Positions 27,449 to 37,009 of a DNA stretch of 64,000 nucleotides are shown here, in pieces (positions within the stretch are counted from its first letter, which is position 1; every line of letters starts with the position of its first letter). Source of the stretch: a virus (lineage: Duplodnaviria > Caudoviricetes). Location of the stretch: IMG/VR virus record IMGVR_UViG_3300028532_000002, positions 1 to 64,000 of that record. One strand, 5' to 3'. Under the pieces are notes generated by a model. It searched no databases, was not told where the DNA came from, and saw only the letters and a program-made list of their open reading frames with translations. Both the position numbers and the translations under genes were made by a program.

Positions 27449-27682
27449 ATGAACGACACCGCGATCCCGCTGCCCGCCGACGCGGAAGCACGATTCGCCG
27501 CGCTTACCGACGCGTGGCGGCCCCTCTTCGACGAACTCGCGTGCGGGCTCGAAGCCGCCGGGCGGGTCCTCCAGGAGTCCATGGAGACGTCCGCGCAGTA
27601 CTGGGCGGTCGCCTCGATGATGCCCACCCTGAGCATGCGGCAGACCATGGTGCACGGCTACGTGCCCTGCGGGGGGGCGTGA
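27449..27682 (+). CDS. Hypothetical protein
   Basis: RBS AGGAGG. Confidence 0.55.
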   Translation: MNDTAIPLPADAEARFAALTDAWRPLFDELACGLEAAGRVLQESMETSAQYWAVASMMPTLSMRQTMVHGYVPCGGA

Positions 27683-27915
27683 TGAGCTACCCGCTCCACG
27701 GCGGTCCCCTCGACGGGGCGACCGCCCCGGCCGGCGACATCGTCGACGGCCTGTACACCATCACCCGCTACGTGGGGGCTCCGCTCTCGGCGTTCACCGC
27801 CTCCCCCGTGCCGGACGAGGAGGCCAAGCCCGGCGGGCGCGAGACCGTGGTGTACGAGATCCAGACCTACAGGGGCCGCAAGCGGCTTGAGTACGCAGGA
27901 GGGAACACGTGGTGA
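27682..27915 (+). CDS. Hypothetical protein (GGPLDG motif)
   Basis: TGATG overlap; GGPxDG start motif shared with 32579..32800. Confidence 0.55.
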   Translation: MSYPLHGGPLDGATAPAGDIVDGLYTITRYVGAPLSAFTASPVPDEEAKPGGRETVVYEIQTYRGRKRLEYAGGNTW

Positions 27916-28391
27916 TGAACGTGCAGGCAGGCGAGGACGTGGACGTGCTTCACACGCGCGTCTGTCAGGCGCTGGACGGCCACCGGAGGCGGCTGCACCC
28001 GCGCTTCATGGACGGCGCCCTACCGGCGAAGACCGCCGGGGAGCTGTGGGAGGCCATCGACAAGGCGCGCGCCGCGGCCGACCAGGCCCACGCCGACGGT
28101 GACCTCGCCGCGCTCCAGGTGCTGGCGAAACGGTGGCCGTCCCCGGCGCCCACCCGGTCGGAGGCCCCCGAGGCATTCGACGCGCTCGCGGACCGGGCGG
28201 AGCACCTGATCATCAGGGTCGGCGAGTCCCGCGCCCGGGAGCAGCTGGAGGAGGAGCTGGGGAAGGCGGTCCAGGGCGCCCAGGAGGGGGCCGTGACTCT
28301 GGTGGCGGTCGCCGTGGAGGGCGCGATCCGGCAGGCCCGGGACGCGGTCAGGGACCGGCAGGACGTGTTCGCGAAGAGCAGCGAGGAGTAG
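27915..28391 (+). CDS. Hypothetical helical protein
   Basis: ORF 27909..28391; TGATG overlap. Confidence 0.6.
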   Translation: MNVQAGEDVDVLHTRVCQALDGHRRRLHPRFMDGALPAKTAGELWEAIDKARAAADQAHADGDLAALQVLAKRWPSPAPTRSEAPEAFDALADRAEHLIIRVGESRAREQLEEELGKAVQGAQEGAVTLVAVAVEGAIRQARDAVRDRQDVFAKSSEE

Positions 28392-28393
28392 AC

Positions 28394-28663
28394 GTGAACG
28401 AGGACGAGCAGGGGGCCGCCGCGTACCGGCGCGACGATGGATGGACGCCCCGGGGCGAGGCCGGGCAGCGGACCCTCGCGGAGGCCACGGCCGCCGCCCT
28501 CGGGCACGAGATCGTCGAGGAGGACGACATGACCCCCCAGGACCGGCCGTGCGACGACGGCCACTTCCTGCCGAAGGACGAGGCCGACAAACGGTACGGG
28601 ACCTGCACCAAGTGCGGGTGGTTCGTAGACCAGTGGGCCGACCAGGAAGAGGAAGGCCCCTGA
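28394..28663 (+). CDS. Hypothetical protein with CxxC
   Basis: GTG after GAGGAG; followed by terminator. Confidence 0.55.
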   Translation: MNEDEQGAAAYRRDDGWTPRGEAGQRTLAEATAAALGHEIVEEDDMTPQDRPCDDGHFLPKDEADKRYGTCTKCGWFVDQWADQEEEGP

Positions 28664-28696
28664 CCACAGGTCCCCCAGGATGCGGCCATAGCCGCT

Positions 28697-28724
28697 GGCC
28701 CTCACCTTCGGGTGGGGGCCTTCT
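28697..28724 (+). terminator. Rho-independent terminator
   Basis: GGCCCTCACC-TTCG-GGTGGGGGCC-TTCT. Confidence 0.75.
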
Positions 28725-28848
28725 GTGTTCGCCCACAACTGCTAGCGACCTGCAACTTTCGCTTGCTCTTGCAGTTGGCGCCCGAGCGGGACGGGCACCC
28801 TGTCGGTCCCGCACGGTAGGACAGGAACCTCACCACCCGAGGAGCCCC

Positions 28849-29190
28849 ATGCTGCCGCGCTGCGCCGACACCACCATCCTGACCGACACCGAGACCGCCA
28901 CGCTGACCCCGGACGGGCCCGTGCAGCTGGCGCTCATGGAGACCGAGGAGTCCGCGGAGGAGTTCCGGTGCGAACTCCAGGCCGCCCACCCCGACCGGCA
29001 TGCCGGGTACGTGCAGGACGGCGACGACGAGATGGTCTGGTGGGTGCGGTGGGGGCCCGGCGGCCCCCGGGAGCTGGTCACCGTGCCCAACGACGACCAC
29101 TGTCAGGGCGAGCTGCCCGAAGACGAACTGGTGTGCACCCTGCTGGAGCACTGGGGTGGGCACTGCTTCGAGCTGGAGGGAGGACAGTGA
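28849..29190 (+). CDS. Hypothetical Cys/His-containing protein
   Basis: RCELQAAHPDRH...WWVRW...C...CTLLEHWGGH; RBS GAGGAG. Confidence 0.7.
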   Translation: MLPRCADTTILTDTETATLTPDGPVQLALMETEESAEEFRCELQAAHPDRHAGYVQDGDDEMVWWVRWGPGGPRELVTVPNDDHCQGELPEDELVCTLLEHWGGHCFELEGGQ

Positions 29191-29279
29191 CCCGCGCGTG
29201 AGGCCGGTCGTCCCGGCACACGTAGAACCTGTCCTCTTCCCCTTCCTCGGGCGGGGTCGCCCGGCTACGGTGGGCTCCC

Positions 29280-29486
29280 ATGGACACCTCCAAGGACACG
29301 ACCCGTATCCAGCCGTCCGGGATCTGCCGGCGCGGCCACCACGAGTGGCGGCACGACCGTCCGGGCGGAAAGCGGCTGACGTGCACGCGGTGTCGATCCA
29401 TGTCGATGACGAACTACTCCCCTGAGGGCGGGGGCTGCCGGTCGGACTGCGCGGACTGCAACCCCCGCCCCCCTGAGGGTCAGTAG
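29280..29486 (+). CDS. Small zinc-finger-like hypothetical protein
   Basis: CRRGHHEW...CTRC. Confidence 0.4.
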   Translation: MDTSKDTTRIQPSGICRRGHHEWRHDRPGGKRLTCTRCRSMSMTNYSPEGGGCRSDCADCNPRPPEGQ

Positions 29487-29714
29487 TTCTTCGCGCGGAA
29501 CGCCCCGCATGTGCTGCACTGCTCGGTGCCCGGGTTCGGTCCGGGCCCCCAGTCGTGCTGCCCGCCCTGACAAGGTCCTGACATGGCCACCTCCACAGGG
29601 AGATGTACCCCGTGGGTGGTTCGTGCTGGTGGCCAGGTGTGGCCAGAAGCAATGCCGGGCTCCCGCCCCTTGGGGAGGGTGAGGGCAGAGGGGTAGCCTC
29701 GAAGGGTGTCGCGA

Positions 29715-29753
29715 CAAAACCGACCCCCGCCAACTGGTCTGGCGGGGGTCGGT
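29715..29753 (-). terminator. Terminator after DUF397 gene
   Basis: 14-bp stem ACCGACCCCCGCCA/TGGCGGGGGTCGGT with T-run on minus strand. Confidence 0.75.
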
Positions 29754-29771
29754 CACGTCACGCAGCAGCTC

Positions 29772-29948
29772 CTACTGGACGCGCACCGCCGCGAGGAGAG
29801 CGGTCCACTCGGGGGCCGGGGCCTCCAGGTGGCCCAGTTCCCGGTTCTGGGTGTCCCGCATCAGCGTCTCGAAGCCCTCGCTGACCTCGACGCAGTTCCC
29901 CGATCCGCTGCTGTAGCTGGCTTTGTGCCACGTGCGGGTTTCATTCAT
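29772..29948 (-). CDS. DUF397-family protein (Scr2-like)
   Basis: WHKASYSSGSGNCVEVS...RDTQN...EWTALL signature. Confidence 0.92.
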   Translation of the reverse strand: MNETRTWHKASYSSGSGNCVEVSEGFETLMRDTQNRELGHLEAPAPEWTALLAAVRVQ

Positions 29949-30760
29949 CGTCCACCGACCTCTCGCAACATCGTGAGTGTCGCGGCTTCCGAAAGGGCCT
30001 CTCCTTGGAGAAGACCAAACGTGGTCGCGCACTCCTGGTATCGATCCATATCGCTGATGACCGTCTCCCCGGTCATATACTCCGCCGATGCCACGGGGGG
30101 CTCGTCCGCGAAGGTGTACAGCCTGAAAGCGCCACCACTGCCGTAGTGACGCCCCGTGCTCCGGGGGATGATCTGAACCCTGACCTTACCGCTGTCCATG
30201 TCGTCGAGGACCCTCTGCACCTGATTTGTCAGCAGCTCAGGGCCGCGCGCTCCGACCTGCTGGTGGAGGACCGCTTCGCCGAGGAGGCACAGGACCAGGG
30301 GGCGGGGTTCTTCGTCCAGGAGACGCTGTCGCGTCATGCGGTTGTGCACGAGCTGATCGACGGCGGATGAGGGCATGCCGGGGAAGATGTCCTCGAAGAC
30401 CGCGCGGGCGTAGTCCTCGGTCTGGAGCAGGCCGGGGATGACGAGTGGCTGGAAGTCGCGGATCTGGGTGGCCGCGGTCTCCAGCTCGGGCAGTTCCGCG
30501 AATCGGAACGGGGTCTGCACCTGGCGGCGGACCTTGGCCCATTCGTCGGCCAGGCGACCTCCGGCCTTGAGGTGCTCGTCGAGCTGGTTGATGTACTTCT
30601 CGTCGACCTTGCGGGATCCCGTCTCCCACGAGGAGTAGTAGCTGCCCACGACGTCGAGTTTCTTGGCGACGTCGATTTGCCGCAGGTTCAGGTCCTCGCG
30701 GTGCTTCTTCATCTGCTTCCCGAAGTGCTTCCATGCCGGGTCGGTCGGGCGCTTCGACAT
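29945..30760 (-). CDS. XRE HTH + DUF5753 regulator (Scr1/WhiJ-like)
   Basis: N-terminal HTH, then FQPLVIPGLLQTEDYARA...ALSEAAT; ATGA overlap with DUF397 gene. Confidence 0.93.
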   Translation of the reverse strand: MSKRPTDPAWKHFGKQMKKHREDLNLRQIDVAKKLDVVGSYYSSWETGSRKVDEKYINQLDEHLKAGGRLADEWAKVRRQVQTPFRFAELPELETAATQIRDFQPLVIPGLLQTEDYARAVFEDIFPGMPSSAVDQLVHNRMTRQRLLDEEPRPLVLCLLGEAVLHQQVGARGPELLTNQVQRVLDDMDSGKVRVQIIPRSTGRHYGSGGAFRLYTFADEPPVASAEYMTGETVISDMDRYQECATTFGLLQGEALSEAATLTMLREVGGR

Positions 30761-31075
30761 TCACTCCTCCAAGATTTCGCTGAGATGGTCAGATTACACA
30801 GAAATTTCACCCCAAGGGAAGAGTCTTCTGTGAAATCTCCTATCGCGCGACCGTTCCGTGAAGTCCCTTGATCTGGATACTTCACTACGGGATCGTGTGG
30901 GCACGGAGAAATATCTGTGGAATGCGGAGAAGCCACCCCATTGCGGATGAATGCCTTGCCGTAGGACAAACGCTCCACACGGTGACACATCCGACCAAAA
31001 GAAAAGCCCCGACGGCCGAAGTCAGAGGCGGCCGTCGAGGCTCAGCGCCCCACCCCGAAACACCCGAGGTGAGAC

Positions 31076-31528
31076 ATGCAGAAGTGTACCGCTCCACCCC
31101 TGCCACTTCCACGCCGACTGTGCGGAACCGACACCAGGTCGGGCATCCTGATCGGCCCCGACCGCGCACACGTCCGGGTCGCCCGACAGTGGGCGTCTCA
31201 GGCCACCCGATCCCGGACCGGCCTGGCCGAGCCCGTCGCGGTCGTCGTGTCCGAGCTGGCCACGAACGCCCTGATGCACACCGCATCAGGGCTGGCCAAC
31301 GGCACCGTCCGCATCGAGCTCGAACGCACGCCCCGCCACCTGGAACTGCGTGTCACTGACGGCGGGCCCCGCCCCGGCCTCGTGGGCACCCTGCCTGCGA
31401 TCCCCGACCCGGCTCCACTTCGGGTCGGCGGCAACGGCCTGCGTCTGGTTGAGGCCATGTGTTCCTACTGGGACTGGTCGCAAGGGACCGGCGGAGCGAT
31501 CACCGTGCGAGCCGTCTTCCACTGCTAG
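31076..31528 (+). CDS. HATPase_c-like ATP-binding protein (anti-sigma-factor-like)
   Basis: VVSELATNALMH, LRVTDGG, GGNGLRLVEAM...W; divergent from the XRE gene as in canonical clusters. Confidence 0.88.
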   Translation: MQKCTAPPLPLPRRLCGTDTRSGILIGPDRAHVRVARQWASQATRSRTGLAEPVAVVVSELATNALMHTASGLANGTVRIELERTPRHLELRVTDGGPRPGLVGTLPAIPDPAPLRVGGNGLRLVEAMCSYWDWSQGTGGAITVRAVFHC

Positions 31529-31824
31529 CCCCCAGCTTCCGCGCCGACCGTTCCCGGCGCGGAACCACTGTGGTGCAGCGGTGACGCGCCTCCTCCCGTC
31601 CCATGGGGAGGATTCCGCCGCCGCACCACACCCGGGCCCTGCACCGCACCGCACCGCAGGGCCCGGGGCCCACACCACACGCCCCCGCAGCACACGCGGG
31701 GGCTCCCCACCCGGCCTGGACGCCGGGGCGGGGCCGCCGATCGGGAAGTCGGCGGCCCCGCACACCCCCGCACACCCACAGACCTCCGGGAGATCCCGTG
31801 ACACCCGCCACCCCCACTCCTGCC

Positions 31825-32172
31825 ATGGAGCCGCAGGGCTACCCGCACCGGACCCAGGTCACCGCCTGGCCGAGCACACCTGCTCAGGTCGGACGGTGGG
31901 TGGCAGCACACCTGACCCGTGCCGGCCGGACGGTACCCGAGGTGTTCGTGACGGACCTGCGACTACTCGCCGAGGCGTTCCCGGAGCGCGCGGTGTACCG
32001 CGTGGTGTGCTGGCCGGGCGAGACCACCCGCGTGCACCTGGCCCCCGTAGAGGCGGCCGAGCCGTCCCCCGCTGTCCCTGTCCTGGACCGGCCGGGCGCG
32101 GAGTGGGGGCCGCTGCCTGAGGGTGGCTGGTGGATCCAGAGCCCCACCCATCCCAGCTCTGCTGAGAGCTAG
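31825..32172 (+). CDS. Hypothetical protein, possibly degenerate HATPase-like
   Basis: C-terminal part of ORF 31603..32172 (AWPSTPAQVGRWVAAHL). Confidence 0.5.
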   Translation: MEPQGYPHRTQVTAWPSTPAQVGRWVAAHLTRAGRTVPEVFVTDLRLLAEAFPERAVYRVVCWPGETTRVHLAPVEAAEPSPAVPVLDRPGAEWGPLPEGGWWIQSPTHPSSAES

Positions 32173-32234
32173 GCCCACAGTCCCCCGGGGTGGAACCCGG
32201 GTGGGCCCGACGGGGAAGCAGGTAGTCGGGCCCG

Positions 32235-32266
32235 GCCCCGCCCACTGAAAGGTGGGCGGGGTTTTC
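32235..32266 (+). terminator. Rho-independent terminator
   Basis: GCCCCGCCCAC-tgaaag-GTGGGCGGGGT-TTT. Confidence 0.7.
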
Positions 32267-32578
32267 GCGTTCCCGCCCGCCCGGCACGCCCGGGTGGAAA
32301 AATGGGGCGCCCGAGAGGAGCGAGAATGGCTGACACCCCCGAGAAGCCGAAGGTCATGAAGGGCTGGTCGAAGGCGTCGAAGCGCCGAGCAGCGACGAAG
32401 CGGAGGCAGCTCCCGGGAGGTCGCGACCAGGGTGAGCCTGTGGACCCGAAGGCACCGTGCGAGACGTGCGGAATCCGCGGCGGCTGCGACTGCCGGTGAA
32501 CGTGCTCCCCGCCTCTGCGGGGATGGTCCCCTCAATCGGGACGACACCACCTGCTCCCCGCACGCGTGGGGATGGCGT

Positions 32579-32800
32579 CTACGGCGCCCAGCCCTGCCAG
32601 TGCCACACGGTGGGGTCCGCGCCGGGCGCGGCTCCGTACACGACGCGCCCGCCCGGGAGATCCGCAGGCGCTTTCAGGTCCGAGTCGGGGATCATGATCG
32701 TGCCCGGCTCCGGGTCCTCGTACACGGACGCCCGTTCCACGTCCTGTACGGTCCCGTCCATCGGGCCGCCGACCAGTCGCACCTGCACCACTTCGCTCAT
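32579..32800 (-). CDS. Hypothetical protein (GGPMDG motif)
   Basis: RBS GGGAGG; small ORF. Confidence 0.55.
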   Translation of the reverse strand: MSEVVQVRLVGGPMDGTVQDVERASVYEDPEPGTIMIPDSDLKAPADLPGGRVVYGAAPGADPTVWHWQGWAP

Positions 32801-33004
32801 GCTGTGATCCTCCCAGCCGGATACGACCTGTGGACGAGGTGGCCGAGATCGGCCAGCGGGGTACACCACCTGCATGGACACTGCTCCCCAGACCCCGGAA
32901 GACCGTGACGATCAGGCGTGGCTCGCAGGCCTCTTGGCGGAGCTGAGCACCGAGGATGCCTACGAGATCGCCGAGTCGCTCGGCATCGACCCCGACACCC
33001 TCTG

Positions 33005-33310
33005 ATGCCCGCGCCCACCCACCGCCCGCCGCCCATGGTCCGTGTGACCGTCCAGGGGGTGCGCCTGCACGCCTACCTCCTCGCGTGGGTGGGCGCCGCC
33101 CGCGCGCGTGTGGGGTGGTGCGAGCAGTACCAAGTTGTGCCGGGGGTGGCTGAGCCCTACCAGTGGCGGTGGGTGGAGCAAGACCTGCCGCGGGGCGACG
33201 TGGAGACACTGGACGGCCAGTCGGCCCTCGCGGTGCCGCGGGCGGAGACCGCGCAGGAGCCGGAGCAGGACACCGACCCCAGGACGTGGCGGCAGATGAA
33301 GCGGGGGTGA
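33005..33310 (+). CDS. Hypothetical protein
   Basis: TGATG overlap with a 43-codon ORF at 32874..33005. Confidence 0.5.
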   Translation: MPAPTHRPPPMVRVTVQGVRLHAYLLAWVGAARARVGWCEQYQVVPGVAEPYQWRWVEQDLPRGDVETLDGQSALAVPRAETAQEPEQDTDPRTWRQMKRG

Positions 33311-33323
33311 GGCGGTCGAGCGC

Positions 33324-34925
33324 TCACCGCGCCTCGATGGCGGCCACCCACGCCGCCAGCTCTGCGCGCGGGTCCACCTCTGCGGAGCGCGCCGACGCGG
33401 CCTTGGAAGCGACGTCCCACCCACCGTCCAGCAGCTCTCGCAGGGCCCGCTCCCAGCCGTCGATGTCGGCCCGGTCCACGAACACCCCGGCGGGGCCGAG
33501 CGCCTCGCGGAGCCCGATCGTGGGGTGCGCGATGGTGGGGATGCCGGACGCCGCGGCCTCGATGGCGACCATCCCGTAGGACTCCTCCGCCGAGGGCATG
33601 AGCAGGACGCGGGTGCGCGCCCACACGTCCCCCGCCATGTCGTCGGTGTGGTCCTGCCAGGTGACGTTGGGCAGGCCGTCGGGGCGGACCTGTTCGGTCT
33701 GCTGGTAGCCGCCCTCCACCGCGAGGAACTGCGCGTCGGGCATCCGGCGGGCCAGCTCGTAGAACACCCCGGCGCCCTTCGCGGGGATCGGGTTGACCAG
33801 GGTCACCATGTCGCCCGGCGCCGCACGGTGCTGCTCCGCCCACACGGGCGGGTGCACCACCAGGTGGGCGCCGCGGGCCGCCAGGCGCAGGCTCCGCGCG
33901 ACGTGGTGGGTGTTCGCGACGAACAGGCTGGCGCCCGCGCGCACGTCCCGCAGGATCCACGGGGCCGCCGAGTGCAACACCTGGACGAGGCGGGCGCGCG
34001 CCTGCCGGGCGAGCTGGCGGGCGAGAGGTACGGACTTCAGGTGGGAAACGACCACGTCGGCGTCCAGGCGTTCGGGCGTGCCGACGCGGACCGTGACCCC
34101 GTCCACGACCGCGTCGTCGGTCTCGTCGGTCGCCCACACCGTCACCTCGTGGCCGCGGTCGGCCAGGGCGCGCAGGAGCTCGTGGAGCATCAGCTCGGCC
34201 CCGGCCCGGTGGGCGGGCAGGTAGTAGTGGGCCAGGGCTGCGATACGGAGCGGGCGGTCGTCGGCGGCGGCGGCGACGAGGCGGCGCATGGCCGCCGGGT
34301 CGCGGCGGGCCCGCACGTACTCCTGGTACCGGGCCCGGTTGGTGCGGTACTGGGGGGAACGCACGTTCGCGGCGGGGGTGTGGTGCAGGTGGGTGATGGT
34401 GCCGTGGTGGCGCACGCCTTCCCCCAGCAGGACGTTGGAGGCGGTCCAGAACGCGTCGTCCTCGAACCCCCAGCCGACGAAGTCCTCGTCCATGCCGCCG
34501 GCCTTCCACCAGGCGTCCGTCGAGATGACCCACACGCCGCCGATCGGCCGCCGGGACTCGTCGGCCACGGGCGCGTCCATGGGGTCGACACCCCGCGCGT
34601 ACACGGCGAGGGTGCCCTCGGGGGTGAGGGCCCGGTACCGGGTGTAGGGCAGGTGCAGGCGCCCGTCGGCCGCGGCGCCCTCGATGGCGGCCCGGAGCGG
34701 CGCCTCCTCGGCGATGGTGTCGGCGTCGCACAGCACCACCACCCCCGACCCGGCCCGGCGCACCGCGGCGTTGCGCACCCGGGCCCGGGAGAACTCGCCG
34801 TCGACGTCGACCAGGAGGTGGTCGGCGTCGGGGAGCATCTCGCGGAGCCGCCACTGCACGTACTCGGCGTGGATCTCCCGGTCCAGCTGGCCGCCCCGGA
34901 ACGGGACCGCGACGGTCACCTTCAC
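33324..34925 (-). CDS. Bifunctional glycosyltransferase (N-terminal GT-A/GT2-like, C-terminal GT-B/GT4-like)
   Basis: CDADT (DxD), GGMDEDFVGWGFEDD; C-terminal MPSAEESYGMVAIEAAASGIPTIA. Confidence 0.9.
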   Translation of the reverse strand: MKVTVAVPFRGGQLDREIHAEYVQWRLREMLPDADHLLVDVDGEFSRARVRNAAVRRAGSGVVVLCDADTIAEEAPLRAAIEGAAADGRLHLPYTRYRALTPEGTLAVYARGVDPMDAPVADESRRPIGGVWVISTDAWWKAGGMDEDFVGWGFEDDAFWTASNVLLGEGVRHHGTITHLHHTPAANVRSPQYRTNRARYQEYVRARRDPAAMRRLVAAAADDRPLRIAALAHYYLPAHRAGAELMLHELLRALADRGHEVTVWATDETDDAVVDGVTVRVGTPERLDADVVVSHLKSVPLARQLARQARARLVQVLHSAAPWILRDVRAGASLFVANTHHVARSLRLAARGAHLVVHPPVWAEQHRAAPGDMVTLVNPIPAKGAGVFYELARRMPDAQFLAVEGGYQQTEQVRPDGLPNVTWQDHTDDMAGDVWARTRVLLMPSAEESYGMVAIEAAASGIPTIAHPTIGLREALGPAGVFVDRADIDGWERALRELLDGGWDVASKAASARSAEVDPRAELAAWVAAIEAR

Positions 34926-35465
34926 CTACGTACCCCTCACTGCCTTCTCAGCGGACCACAGGTAGTAGCCCAGCACGTCGCCCTCGTGGGCCTCGACGAG
35001 GCCGGGCCCCAGCTCCGCGCGCATCTGCGGCCCGGTCCAGTGGTCCCGGTGGATCTCGAACCAGTTCCCGTTGACGTCCGCCTGGTCGTGATGGGCCAAC
35101 GGGACGCTGACGAGGACGTGGTGCGCCCAGTCCCGCATGCGCGCGAGCACCGCCCGCGCCTCCGGCTGCGTCATGTGCTCCAGCACGTCCGCGAGGATGA
35201 CCAGGTCCGGTTCGCGCAGGATGGTGTACGGGTCCAGGTGGCGGATGTCCGCGACGACGACGTGGTCGTAGGCCTCGAACAGCTGGAACTGCTGGATGTA
35301 GGGGGCCCACGCCTCCACCCCCACCCACCGGCACCCCGGGGTGGCGTCGCGGGCCAGCTGCACGTAGGTGCCCTCGCCGGGTCCCACGTCCACCACAGAG
35401 GCGGGCGCGAGAGACCTGATGATCTCCCGCGCCCACCCCTTTCCCTCACGGTCGGAGGTCGGCAC
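34926..35465 (-). CDS. Class I SAM-dependent methyltransferase
   Basis: VVDVGPGEG, GVEAW, DVLEHM motifs. Confidence 0.9.
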   Translation of the reverse strand: MPTSDREGKGWAREIIRSLAPASVVDVGPGEGTYVQLARDATPGCRWVGVEAWAPYIQQFQLFEAYDHVVVADIRHLDPYTILREPDLVILADVLEHMTQPEARAVLARMRDWAHHVLVSVPLAHHDQADVNGNWFEIHRDHWTGPQMRAELGPGLVEAHEGDVLGYYLWSAEKAVRGT

Positions 35466-35816
35466 CTACGCCGCCACCGGCCGGACGGGCGTGGGCGACA
35501 CCTCGTGGCGGAGCACCAGGGTCATGATCGCGACGATCGCGCCGTTGATCGCGACCACCAGCTCGGGGCTCACCCCGATCCCGTAGTGGGTCAGCAGCGG
35601 GGCGAGCGTCAGTATGACGGCAGTGAACGCCGCGGGGGCGATGGGGCGGACGTAGACCGCCTGCACCGCACCCAGGACCGCGCCGAGCGCCCCGACGATC
35701 AGCGGCACCGCGGCGTCGGTCAGGTACGGCAGGCCGACCGCGACGCCGACGAGGAGGACGGCCTGGACGGCGTTCAGGATGACGACCGGCTCGCGGCCGA
35801 ACACGGGAGACTTCAT
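35466..35816 (-). CDS. Holin
   Basis: FGREPVVI start, 3-4 short TM segments, downstream of endolysin. Confidence 0.8.
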   Translation of the reverse strand: MKSPVFGREPVVILNAVQAVLLVGVAVGLPYLTDAAVPLIVGALGAVLGAVQAVYVRPIAPAAFTAVILTLAPLLTHYGIGVSPELVVAINGAIVAIMTLVLRHEVSPTPVRPVAA

Positions 35817-36001
35817 GGGCTGGATTCCTGTTCTCGGGCTTCTCGCCCGTCAAGACTGCTGTGAGTGATGACCCAGCCGACCGATCCGTCTTTGCGTTTG
35901 ATCGGTCGGGTGGTGGGGCCGCACATGCAGTCGGCCTCGTTGGTGTCGGTGTCGTGCTCGACCAGGTCATTGTCGGGGTAGACGTGCACGGTGTCGGACA
36001 C
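35813..36001 (-). CDS. Small conserved hypothetical protein
   Basis: HVYP.NDLVEH...CMCGP...HSSLDGRE. Confidence 0.6.
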   Translation of the reverse strand: MSDTVHVYPDNDLVEHDTDTNEADCMCGPTTRPIKRKDGSVGWVITHSSLDGREAREQESSP

Positions 36002-36007
36002 GGTGGC

Positions 36008-36994
36008 CTACTTCGGCCAGTAGAAGACGTCCGCGGTGGCCGACACGACCTTCGCGGCAGCGTCCCCGTACTGGACGACGCGGACCCGGACCCGGCGGCC
36101 CTTGGCGAGGTTGCCCTTCCAGCTGTAGGTGAAGTGGCCGTTGCCGCCGGCGTGCACGGGGCTGTCGATGGGCCGGTTGCGGGCGTACACCCACGACCCC
36201 TTGCCGTCCTGTTCGTACTCGGTGGCGCGCAGCTGCACCTCCGCACCGGCGGACAGGTCGGCGATGGTCACCCCCACGGAGAAGTCGTAGAGGGCGCCGT
36301 CCTTCTCGTTGACGCCCACCAGCGAGTACAGGCTGCCGGTGGAGGTGCCGCCGTGGTCGGCGTCGACCACGGTCTCGAACTCCAGGGAGGTCCACTCGCC
36401 GGGGTTGAGGGTCTGGGTCCGGTCCTTCTCGAACCGGCGGTGTCGGGGCATGCCGTCTTCTCCCTTGTCGTTATCGGTGAAGCTCGTGGGCGGCTTCGCG
36501 AACGTGCCGTCCTCGACGAGCCGGTAGGCCCTGGCGCCGGGGCACGAGGTGGAGATGAAGTCGCGGTGGCCGAGCACCTTCCCGGAGATGGAGGTGTCCG
36601 GTTCCATCAGCCACTGGCGCAGCTGGCGGACGGCGTTGATCTGCTCCGGGGTGATCTCGTCGTTCGGGCCCGTGGCCAGGGTCACCGAGTAGTGCGAGGT
36701 GTTGCCGCCGGGCTGGGCGGCCTGCGCCCGGTACAGGCCGCGCCCCTCCAGGACGTAGCCGTGGCTGCACGCCATCCAGCTGTAGCCGATGTCCGCCCAG
36801 CCGCGGGACGGCCCGGTATGGAAGCGACGGGTGTTGCGCCAGTACGTGATGCAGGCCGAGTGATCCTTGTCGGCGAGGCCCTGGTCGGCGCTGTCGTAGT
36901 GGATGACCAGACCCGATCGGGGGTTGGCCCTCTCGGCGGGCGTCGACCCCCAGCCGAGGTCGGCGCGAGACACGTACTTCGTGGGTATGGGCAT
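36008..36994 (-). CDS. Endolysin, N-acetylmuramoyl-L-alanine amidase (Amidase_2/PGRP-like)
   Basis: LVIHY, WADIGYS, LEGRG, GHRD...TSCPG zinc-amidase motifs; C-terminal putative binding domain. Confidence 0.92.
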   Translation of the reverse strand: MPIPTKYVSRADLGWGSTPAERANPRSGLVIHYDSADQGLADKDHSACITYWRNTRRFHTGPSRGWADIGYSWMACSHGYVLEGRGLYRAQAAQPGGNTSHYSVTLATGPNDEITPEQINAVRQLRQWLMEPDTSISGKVLGHRDFISTSCPGARAYRLVEDGTFAKPPTSFTDNDKGEDGMPRHRRFEKDRTQTLNPGEWTSLEFETVVDADHGGTSTGSLYSLVGVNEKDGALYDFSVGVTIADLSAGAEVQLRATEYEQDGKGSWVYARNRPIDSPVHAGGNGHFTYSWKGNLAKGRRVRVRVVQYGDAAAKVVSATADVFYWPK

Positions 36995-37009
36995 GTGCTC
37001 CTCCGAGCG

